From Acidimicrobiia bacterium (GTDB taxonomy: Bacteria; Actinomycetota; Acidimicrobiia; Spongiisociales; Spongiisociaceae): a stretch of 41,473 bases of DNA. Below are positions 26,771 through 34,098 of this stretch, piece after piece. Below the pieces are notes generated by a model that was given only the letters and a program-made list of their open reading frames with translations, did not search any database and was not told where the DNA came from. Where the stretch lies: the NCBI GenBank assembly GCA_041576165.1, contig JBFGLM010000040.1, positions 1 through 41,473 of the forward strand. Direction: 5' to 3'. Numbering within the stretch: position 1 is the first letter of the stretch; every line of letters starts with the position of its first letter. The position numbers and the translations under genes were made by a program.

Positions 26771-28489
26771 GTGACGGGACGGTTCAGCGACATGAGCGAC
26801 GTAGCCGGCCGGGCGGCGGAAGCGCTCGCGCCCGAAAGCGGCATCCTCGGTCAGGCGGATCCAATCGATCTGGCCGGTACGTTGGGGCGGGCCGCGCTGG
26901 CGGCGGCTGCGCATCCGGTCGAGGTCATGGGTGCCGGCGCACGCTTTGGTGCCAATCTCCTGCGGGCGGCAGTCCGAGCCGCCGCCCTGACGGTCGGCGT
27001 CGACTCGGATCCCGTGGTCGAACCCCAGCCCGGCGACCGACGCTTCACGGATGCGACATGGCGCGAGAACCCGCTTTATCTGTGGTACTTCCAGCGCCAC
27101 CTCTTGTTCGAGCAGCTGACCGCCGAGCTGGTGGAGGCGGCCCATCTCGACCGGGCGGCCGCCGCCAAACTCAGTTTCTTGCGGGATGTGGCCGTCGCAG
27201 GGATATCTCCAACCAACTTCCTGTGGAGCAACCCGGTCGCCGTCAAGCGGGCGTTCGAGACCGGCGGACGGAGCGTCGTTCGCGGGTTGCGCAACATGGC
27301 GCACGACATCATGAACAATGGAGGGTGGCCACAACAGGTCGACGCAACGTCGTTCGAGGTGGGCAAGAACCTGGCCGCTACCCCGGGCCAGGTCGTGTAC
27401 CGCAACGAGCTGATGGAGCTCATTCAGTACCGGCCGCAGACCGAGACCGTCCATGCCGTTCCGATCCTGTGCTCACCACCCTGGATCAACAAGTACTACG
27501 TGATGGATCTGGCGCCCGGACGCAGCTTCATCGAGTGGGCGGTCCAGCACGGCCACACCGTGTTTGCCATCAGCTACCGCAACCCGGATCCATCCATGCA
27601 CCACTTGACGCTGGAGAGCTACCTGGTGCACGGCCCGAGAGCCGCCCTCGATGTAATCAAAGACATCACAGGTTCCGAGCACGTGAATGTCGTGGCACTG
27701 TGTTTGGGCGGCACGCTGGCGATGATGCTCCTCGCCTACCTAGCTGCGATCGAGGACGACACCGTGTCCTCGGTCACCCTGCTCAACACGCTGATCGACT
27801 TCGGCGACCCGGGCGTCTTGGGGGCGTTCACCGATCGGACCACGATCGAACGGCTGGAGAAGCGACTCCAGCGCGACGGAATCTTGCCGGCCGACAACAT
27901 GCGCCGGACCTTCGACTTGCTCCGACCCGATGATCTCGTGTTCAACTACATCGCCCGCAGCTGGCTGATGGGCGAGCCCCCGCCGGCGTTCGACATCCTG
28001 GCCTGGAACGAGGACAGCACGAACATGCCGGCCGCCATGCACTCCTTCTACCTCCGATCCTGTTACCTCGAGAACCGTTTTGCCGGCGGTGAGTTGGAGC
28101 TGTGCGGTGAGCGGCTCGACCTCTCTGCAATTGATGCCGACACGTTCATCGTTGGTGCCGTCAATGACCACATCGTCCCCTGGAAGTCGTCATACCGGAC
28201 GACTCAGCTCCTGCCCAAAGCCAACGCCAAATACGTGCTGAGCTCCGCCGGGCATATCGCCGGGATCGTCAATCCACCGGGACCGAAGGCCACCTCCCAA
28301 ACCCGCTCCGATAACCCAGCCGATCCCGAGGCATGGCGGGAGGGCGCAACGGAGGAACATCGGTCATGGTGGGAGCTGTGGGCCGAGTGGGCGGTCGAGC
28401 GCGGGGGACCGATGCAGGAGCCGCCCCCGCTCGGTAGCGAGGTGCATCCTCCGCTGGGGGAGGCGCCCGGCACCTACGTTCACGGCTGA
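26771..28489 (+). CDS. phaC: Polyhydroxyalkanoate synthase (single-subunit class I/II type)
   Basis: DRRF, SPTNF..NP, FEVGKNLAATPG.VV..N, PPWINKYY, lipase box ALCLGG, AWNED, DHIVPW and SAGHIAG. Confidence 0.95.
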   Translation: MTGRFSDMSDVAGRAAEALAPESGILGQADPIDLAGTLGRAALAAAAHPVEVMGAGARFGANLLRAAVRAAALTVGVDSDPVVEPQPGDRRFTDATWRENPLYLWYFQRHLLFEQLTAELVEAAHLDRAAAAKLSFLRDVAVAGISPTNFLWSNPVAVKRAFETGGRSVVRGLRNMAHDIMNNGGWPQQVDATSFEVGKNLAATPGQVVYRNELMELIQYRPQTETVHAVPILCSPPWINKYYVMDLAPGRSFIEWAVQHGHTVFAISYRNPDPSMHHLTLESYLVHGPRAALDVIKDITGSEHVNVVALCLGGTLAMMLLAYLAAIEDDTVSSVTLLNTLIDFGDPGVLGAFTDRTTIERLEKRLQRDGILPADNMRRTFDLLRPDDLVFNYIARSWLMGEPPPAFDILAWNEDSTNMPAAMHSFYLRSCYLENRFAGGELELCGERLDLSAIDADTFIVGAVNDHIVPWKSSYRTTQLLPKANAKYVLSSAGHIAGIVNPPGPKATSQTRSDNPADPEAWREGATEEHRSWWELWAEWAVERGGPMQEPPPLGSEVHPPLGEAPGTYVHG

Positions 28490-28575
28490 ATCGCGCAGGG
28501 TGGACCCCGGTCTGCCGGGGCCGGTGCGGAGTGCAGGCGATACCCGAAGCTGTGCTTGAAATATTGACCGTTTGC

Positions 28576-28604
28576 TCGACAAACCGCCCAAGGGTTGATA
28601 TAGT
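28576..28604 (+). promoter_or_regulatory. Housekeeping sigma70-type promoter of the phasin-like gene
   Basis: TCGACA (28576-28581)-17 bp-TATAGT (28599-28604) with extended -10 TG. A second TGnTATAGT lies at 28608-28616. Confidence 0.6.
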
Positions 28605-28618
28605 GCTTGGTATAGTTA

Positions 28619-28653
28619 ACGCGACCAAACACGCGACCAAACACCGCGACAAC
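28619..28653 (+). repeat. 12-bp tandem repeat ACGCGACCAAAC x2 plus a degenerate third copy
   Basis: 28619-28630 and 28631-28642 are identical; 28643-28653 is ACCGCGACAAC. It sits between the promoter and RBS AAGGAG. Confidence 0.8.
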
Positions 28654-28667
28654 AGAAGGAGTCTCAC

Positions 28668-28964
28668 ATGGCAGCAACCAAGGGTGCCGGCGCCACCAAG
28701 ACGGTGGAAGAGGCCGTTGCGAAGGCACAAGACCAGTACATCGCCGCAGTCGAACAGGCGCAGGGCCTGGCACTGGAGGGCTACAAGGCGTGGCTCGACA
28801 TGGTGGCCAAGATGGGTATGCCCGCCGTTCCTGGACTTGCCGGCATGTACAAGCTGCGCGCGGACATGTTCGAGGGTCTCTTCGATTTCAGCGCCGCCAT
28901 GATCGAGAATCAGCGGACATTCGCCAAGAAGATTCTCGAGACGGCCGAAGCCACCCAGAACTGA
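28668..28964 (+). CDS. Small Ala-rich helical protein, putative phasin (PHA granule-associated)
   Basis: 98 aa, predicted amphipathic helical, strong RBS AAGGAG, own promoter and terminator, next to phaC. Function inferred from context. Confidence 0.65.
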   Translation: MAATKGAGATKTVEEAVAKAQDQYIAAVEQAQGLALEGYKAWLDMVAKMGMPAVPGLAGMYKLRADMFEGLFDFSAAMIENQRTFAKKILETAEATQN

Positions 28965-28988
28965 GAAAGCGGTCTGACCGCTACCGTC

Positions 28989-29022
28989 AGAGCCGCAGGA
29001 GCAACACTCCTGCGGCTCTTTC
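28989..29022 (+). terminator. Intrinsic terminator
   Basis: AGAGCCGCAGGAG-caaca-CTCCTGCGGCTCT is a 13-bp perfect stem, followed by a short T run. Confidence 0.8.
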
Positions 29023-29037
29023 ACTACGGGAGCCGGA

Positions 29038-29400
29038 GTGACGTCAGACGAGGTTTGGCAACGGCAGAAGGATGCGCTCGGTGCGTTCATCCGCGCCCAG
29101 CGCGAACTGGCAAACCTGTCGCTGCGACAGCTCTCCGAAATGGCCCACGTGTCAAACGCCTACCTCAGCCAGATCGAGCGCGGCTTGCACGAGCCATCCA
29201 TCCGGGTCCTCAAAAGTGTCGCCACTGCGCTTGGGATCTCGGCGGACACATTGCTGGAGCAGGCCGGGCTGTTGGAAGAAGAGGAAATGCCGGAGCGGGT
29301 TGCCACGGAGGATGCCATCCGGTCGGATCCGCATCTCACCGAAGAAGAGAAGCAAGCCCTGATCGCGGTCTACCGCAGCTACATCGCCGGGCGGAAATAG
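29038..29400 (+). CDS. XRE-family HTH transcriptional regulator (Rv0474-like)
   Basis: LGAFIRAQRELANLSLRQLSEMAHVSNAYLSQIERGLHEPS, with C-terminal AIRSDPHLTEEEKQALIAVYRSY. Confidence 0.9.
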   Translation: MTSDEVWQRQKDALGAFIRAQRELANLSLRQLSEMAHVSNAYLSQIERGLHEPSIRVLKSVATALGISADTLLEQAGLLEEEEMPERVATEDAIRSDPHLTEEEKQALIAVYRSYIAGRK

Positions 29401-29416
29401 CCGGGCGCTCGCGGCG

Positions 29417-30991
29417 CTAGCCGGAGGTGGCTTCGATCCCGATTGCCCGCGTCGCAGCCTGCCGCACTGCCGTGTGCGTGGCCGCGACCACGGCTGCAAG
29501 ATGGCCGTCGGGGCGTACTACGACAGCCTGGCCGGGGCCGAGCTCGAGCGCTTCGCGCAGCACGTTGCCGCTGTCGATGAGGTCCAGCTCGTAGATGTCG
29601 ATCGGACCGACATTCTCTCCGGGATGAACATCCGACCCGCCGGTCGACAGGATCACTAGGCCCTCGCCGAACAGCTCCCGCAGCCGCGTCACATCAGGCC
29701 GCTCCGGTACGTGACATGGCCCATCGGGGCAAAGGACTCCGGGCCGGACCGGCCGGGGGACGCCCGGCGCGGTGGGGAACTCAGCGACGTCGGAACCCGG
29801 AGTCGTGAGTGGGGAATCGAGATACCAATAGGGTTCGGCGAGCCTGCCGGAGTCAACCAGCTTGGCCGCAGCCTCGTCGGTCACGGCTTGCTCGAGCACG
29901 GAGCGCCTCACCTGCCACTGCTCCTCAGTGTGGGGGACCAGGAATTCCATGGTCCGGGAGGTCACGGCGAGGTTCTCGACGGCCGCCGGGCGGCGCTCGG
30001 CCTCATACGTGTCGAGCAACGCATCCGGCGACCAGCCGTTCAGCACGTACGCCACCTTCCAGGCGATGTTCTCGGCATCCTGCACCCCTGAGTTCAGTCC
30101 CCGCGCCCCGAAAGGCGCATACAGGTGAGCGGCGTCGCCGACCAGGAAGGTACGGCCAACTGTGAACCGATCGGCGATCCTCTGGTGGAACCGGTACACC
30201 GACATCCACACGATCTCGTAGTGCTGGTCGCCGACGATCTTGCGTATTCGCGCGTCCAGTGCGCCCGATGCTCGCTCGGTCTCGACGTCGTAATCAGGCG
30301 GGACCTGCCAGTCGATGCGCCACACCGAGTCGGCCTGCGGGTGGATCAAGACCTGGCGGTCGGGATTCCACTGCGGATCGAAGAAGAAGCGGCGTTCGTT
30401 GGTGAACGGCAGCTCGGCCCGGATGTCGCAGATCAAGAACTGGTCGTCAAACGAATAGCCAGGAAAATCAATGCCGAGTTGCTTGCGGGTGACGCTGCGC
30501 GAACCGTCGGCCCCAATCGCGTAGGCGCCACTGATCGTGACTTCGCCGTCCGGCCCGACGGCGGTGACCTCGACATGATCCTCGCCGTTGTAGATCCGAG
30601 TGGCTTCGTGGCCGTAGCGGATGCGGGTCAGAGGTTGCACCTCGACGGACTGCTCCAGCCAGAACTCGGTGCGATCCTGGCCGATGTTCACGAACGGCGG
30701 AAAGTGGGCGCGCCCGGCATCGTGAAAGGTGATCTGAAACAGCTCATGCTCGCGAAAGTAGGTGCGGCCCATCTGCCAGGTCACTCCCTCGGCCACGAGC
30801 TGCTCCCCAGCATCGACCCGTTCGAGGATGTCCAGCACGTCGCGTTGCATGCACAGCGCTTTCGACCCCAGCGCCTCGCGTTCTGCTTTAGCCTCCAGCA
30901 TGATCGAAGAGTTGCCCAACTTGCCAAGGATCAGCGCCGCTGTCATCGCCACCGGGCCGCCGCCGATGATGACAACCTCGGTGTCAAGCAT
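29417..30991 (-). CDS. FAD-dependent aromatic monooxygenase (MhpA/PheA-TfdB-like)
   Basis: IIGGGPV, GADGSRS, GDAAHLYAPFGARGLNSGVQDA, Y..ERRP and C-terminal VRPDGH. Confidence 0.92.
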   Translation of the reverse strand: MLDTEVVIIGGGPVAMTAALILGKLGNSSIMLEAKAEREALGSKALCMQRDVLDILERVDAGEQLVAEGVTWQMGRTYFREHELFQITFHDAGRAHFPPFVNIGQDRTEFWLEQSVEVQPLTRIRYGHEATRIYNGEDHVEVTAVGPDGEVTISGAYAIGADGSRSVTRKQLGIDFPGYSFDDQFLICDIRAELPFTNERRFFFDPQWNPDRQVLIHPQADSVWRIDWQVPPDYDVETERASGALDARIRKIVGDQHYEIVWMSVYRFHQRIADRFTVGRTFLVGDAAHLYAPFGARGLNSGVQDAENIAWKVAYVLNGWSPDALLDTYEAERRPAAVENLAVTSRTMEFLVPHTEEQWQVRRSVLEQAVTDEAAAKLVDSGRLAEPYWYLDSPLTTPGSDVAEFPTAPGVPRPVRPGVLCPDGPCHVPERPDVTRLRELFGEGLVILSTGGSDVHPGENVGPIDIYELDLIDSGNVLREALELGPGQAVVVRPDGHLAAVVAATHTAVRQAATRAIGIEATSG

Positions 30992-30997
30992 GACCCA

Positions 30998-31951
30998 TCA
31001 CGTCTGGAGCTGGTCCCAAACCGCCCGATCCCTCGCGGCCGTCCAGATGGTCGGCCGGGAGCCTGCCAGCTCGTCCCACATCCGGGACACATCGAACGGT
31101 AGGCAGTGTTCGAATATGGGCCACCGACCGTAGCGCGGTTCCAACGCATCGTGGGCAGCGTCGAACGCTGCCTTCAGGGTGCCGCCGCGGGCCTGAACGG
31201 CCTCCACGGCGTCTTTGAGCGTCAGCAGAAACCCGCGTGTCTGCTCGATCGCCTCGTTCACTCCTCCCTCACGAACCACGCGGCCCCGACCGCCGACCAG
31301 CGTTTCGGCTCCCAGCGCCTTGACCCGGTCGAGGGTGGTGGACATCCACTCCAGGTGATAGGCGTCGCCGGTGTACAGCGCAGCTTCAGACTCGACGAGA
31401 TCACCGGCGAAGAGAATCCGCTGCTGCGGCATCCAGGCCACGATGTCGCCGGATGTGTGCCCGCGCCCCATGAACCGGAGTTCGACCGAGCCCCGACCCG
31501 CTCCAAGCTGGATCGTCATGCTGTCCGAGAAAGTGAGATCGGGCCACGTCAAGCCCGGAATCGTCTCCGCCCCCGCGAAGAGGCGCGGCATGCGGCCGGC
31601 TTCCGAGTCCCAGTCTTCCTGCCCGCGTTCGGCGATGAGCCGTCGAGTTTCATTCGAGGAAACGACGGCATCGGCATCGAATGCAGCGGCGCCCAGGGTA
31701 CGAACCGCGTGGTAATGCGACAGTACGAGATAGCGCACCGGTTTCTCGGTGTGCTCGCGCAGCCGATCCAGCCACTGGCCCGCCATATACGGCGTCGCCC
31801 GGGCCTCGAAGCACACGAGGAAGTCTTCTGCTTCGATCGCGCCGACGGTCGGGTCGCCGCCGGCAGTGAGGGCATAGATACCGTCGCCGAGGATCTCGAG
31901 AACGTCTTGCTTCGGCTCGAGGTCTTCGGCAGAAGCGAAGGGTCTAGGCAC
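30998..31951 (-). CDS. MBL-fold metallo-hydrolase-like protein
   Basis: LSHYHAVR, GRGHTSGD and LFAGDLVE. This family is typically found next to fahA/hmgA. Confidence 0.88.
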   Translation of the reverse strand: MPRPFASAEDLEPKQDVLEILGDGIYALTAGGDPTVGAIEAEDFLVCFEARATPYMAGQWLDRLREHTEKPVRYLVLSHYHAVRTLGAAAFDADAVVSSNETRRLIAERGQEDWDSEAGRMPRLFAGAETIPGLTWPDLTFSDSMTIQLGAGRGSVELRFMGRGHTSGDIVAWMPQQRILFAGDLVESEAALYTGDAYHLEWMSTTLDRVKALGAETLVGGRGRVVREGGVNEAIEQTRGFLLTLKDAVEAVQARGGTLKAAFDAAHDALEPRYGRWPIFEHCLPFDVSRMWDELAGSRPTIWTAARDRAVWDQLQT

Positions 31952-31954
31952 AGC

Positions 31955-33151
31955 TCAGCGCGCTCCGTGTGGCCGGATGATGCCGGAGACCGGACCCAGG
32001 GGAATCGGACCATCCGGACCGGGAGCAGATCCACGCAATGTGACCTCATCGCCGTCCTCCAGGAATGAGCGGGTGACACCCTCCACCTCGAGCGGCTCGC
32101 GCCCGGCCCAGCTGAGTTCGAGGAGGCTGCCCCGCTGATGCCGCTCCGGACCGGACACGGTTCCCGATCCGAACAGGTCGCCGGGTCGCACCGTGGCGCC
32201 ATTGACCGTCATGTGGGCCAGTTGCTGTGCTGCATTCCAGTACAGGCCCTCGGCGGCGTTCACCTGCGCAATGCAGGCGGCGGCAGCGGCCTCAGCCGGA
32301 CGTAGCCACACCTCGAGATCCAGCGACAGCGCCCACGGTACGTCAGATCGCAGATATGGCAGCGGCTCGGGGTCGGTTTGGGGCGGGCCCGGAACCCGGG
32401 CCTCTGATAGAGCAGCCATCGGCACCACCCAGGCCGACACGGATGTCGCGAAGGACTTTCCAAGGAAAGGTCCCAACGGCACGTACTCCCATGTCTGAAT
32501 GTCGCGGGCGCTCCAGTCGTTCAGCAACACCACTCCGAACAGGTGCTCCTGGGCTGCTTCAATGGGAACCGGATACCCGAGAGAGCTGTGCCCTCCCAGC
32601 ACGAACCCGACCTCCAGCTCGATGTCGAGCCGGACGCTCGGGCCGAACACGATCTCGCCTTCGGGCGTCTGCCGCTGGCCGGCCGGGCGCTGGACGGGTG
32701 TGCCGTCCACCACGATGGTTCCGGTCCGACCGTGGTATCCGGCCGGGAGATGCAGCCAGTTGGGAGTCAACGGATGCTCGTTGGGGCGGAACAGCGCGCC
32801 GATGTTCTCGGCGTGGTAGCGGGACGAGTAGAAGTCGACGTAGTCGGGGACATCCCACGCCAGCTGCATCACGACGTCGGATTGGGCGGTTCCTGTATCG
32901 AGCCGGCCCTCGGCGACGGCGGCAACCAGCTCCTCCCGAAGCGCGTCCCAGGCCGGTCGCCCGGCGTCGAGAAGCTCATTGAGGCGGCCGGTAGTCAAAA
33001 GGCTCGGATTCACCGAGGTCACGTGGCCATCGCGAGCGAGGCCGTCGAGGTCGATGATGTGATCCCGGAGTGCAACTCCGAGCCGGCGGCGGCCATCATC
33101 CTGACTGAACACGCCGTAGGGCAACGCGGCAGGCGGAAACTCCATCATCAT
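31955..33151 (-). CDS. fahA: Fumarylacetoacetase
   Basis: LPYGVFS, DYVDFYSSRYHA, YHGR, LDIELE, NDWSARDIQTWEYVPLGPFLGKSF and GDLFGSGTVSG. Confidence 0.95.
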   Translation of the reverse strand: MMMEFPPAALPYGVFSQDDGRRRLGVALRDHIIDLDGLARDGHVTSVNPSLLTTGRLNELLDAGRPAWDALREELVAAVAEGRLDTGTAQSDVVMQLAWDVPDYVDFYSSRYHAENIGALFRPNEHPLTPNWLHLPAGYHGRTGTIVVDGTPVQRPAGQRQTPEGEIVFGPSVRLDIELEVGFVLGGHSSLGYPVPIEAAQEHLFGVVLLNDWSARDIQTWEYVPLGPFLGKSFATSVSAWVVPMAALSEARVPGPPQTDPEPLPYLRSDVPWALSLDLEVWLRPAEAAAAACIAQVNAAEGLYWNAAQQLAHMTVNGATVRPGDLFGSGTVSGPERHQRGSLLELSWAGREPLEVEGVTRSFLEDGDEVTLRGSAPGPDGPIPLGPVSGIIRPHGAR

Positions 33152-33984
33152 GCGCCTGCCCCCACCGGGAGGAGACCGAGCGTGTGAAGGTAGAGGGCCG
33201 GCTCATCGAAGCTGCACGAGCCGAACGACCGGAACGTTCCCCGCACATGGGCCGGGTCGATTGTTTCTCCCACTCCCCGCCAGGTCGCCGTCGCCGGGTC
33301 GAAGTCCTCGGGCTCGGTTGCGGCGAGCACCTCTCGCACGCGCTCCCACTCGCCGGCCAGAGCCGCCCGCACGGCGGCCATGACGTTGATGAATCCGTGC
33401 TCCTTTGCTCCGTCGATATCCGAGGCATGCCGGAAGGGATGGTGGAGCCCGGCGGTTGCCTTGAACGGTACGTCGAGGGCGAGGCTGGCCGCGATGAAGT
33501 CCGCCAGCTGCTCGACGCTTGGAAACGCCGCCGCCGTGGTCCCGCCGGTTCTCACTTTGCCTCTCACATCCAGTCCGGCCGCGCGCAGCTCCGCAACCTC
33601 GTTGAGATACGTGTGGTCGCCGGAATCGATGTTCTCGGCATAGACAGTCGAGGTTCGGGCCAGGATCGGGCGCACCTGCTCGGCGACCGAACCGGCTTGC
33701 ACCTTCATCTCAACCTGGGCCAGTTGGAAGCGCGTGTCCATCCGGCTAACGGGCATGTCCAGCACAGCGCCAAGCATTCTGGGCGCCGAGCGGCGCGCCA
33801 GCTCCGTGAGCTGGCTCGCTTTCAACAAGCACGGCCCAAGCACCCAACCATCGTCGCCAGACCGGGCGTGTTCGTATCGGGTCAGCGCCTCATCCAGCGC
33901 GAGTTCGGCCGGGGGGAAAACGCCGGCGTAGTCGATGAGGCCTTCCAGTAGCACCTGCTGCGCAGTCTCCGTGTTTCTCTCCAC
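33148..33984 (-). CDS. Conserved hypothetical protein of fahA/hmgA neighbourhoods
   Basis: Motifs LIDYAGVFPPA, KVRTGG, FKATAGLHHP, HGFIN and SFGSCSFDEP. Its stop overlaps the fahA start. Start uncertain (GTG 33984). Confidence 0.8.
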   Translation of the reverse strand: MERNTETAQQVLLEGLIDYAGVFPPAELALDEALTRYEHARSGDDGWVLGPCLLKASQLTELARRSAPRMLGAVLDMPVSRMDTRFQLAQVEMKVQAGSVAEQVRPILARTSTVYAENIDSGDHTYLNEVAELRAAGLDVRGKVRTGGTTAAAFPSVEQLADFIAASLALDVPFKATAGLHHPFRHASDIDGAKEHGFINVMAAVRAALAGEWERVREVLAATEPEDFDPATATWRGVGETIDPAHVRGTFRSFGSCSFDEPALYLHTLGLLPVGAGA

Positions 33985-34098
33985 GGAGCGGACTCTAGTT
34001 ACAGGCCATCCCGAGGAGCCCCACAACGGGCGCTCGGCGCCGGTTGCTCGGCTGCGAGTCCAGCGGGTGCCTGTGTCCCACTGGTAGCTTCACGGTTC

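Noticed and set aside
28505-28520. CCCCGG-tctg-CCGGGG hairpin after phaC as a terminator
   Set aside because: Only a 6-bp stem with no U-tract; expected by chance in GC-rich DNA.
28619-28653. Tandem repeat as a CRISPR array
   Set aside because: 12-bp units with no spacers and no cas genes.
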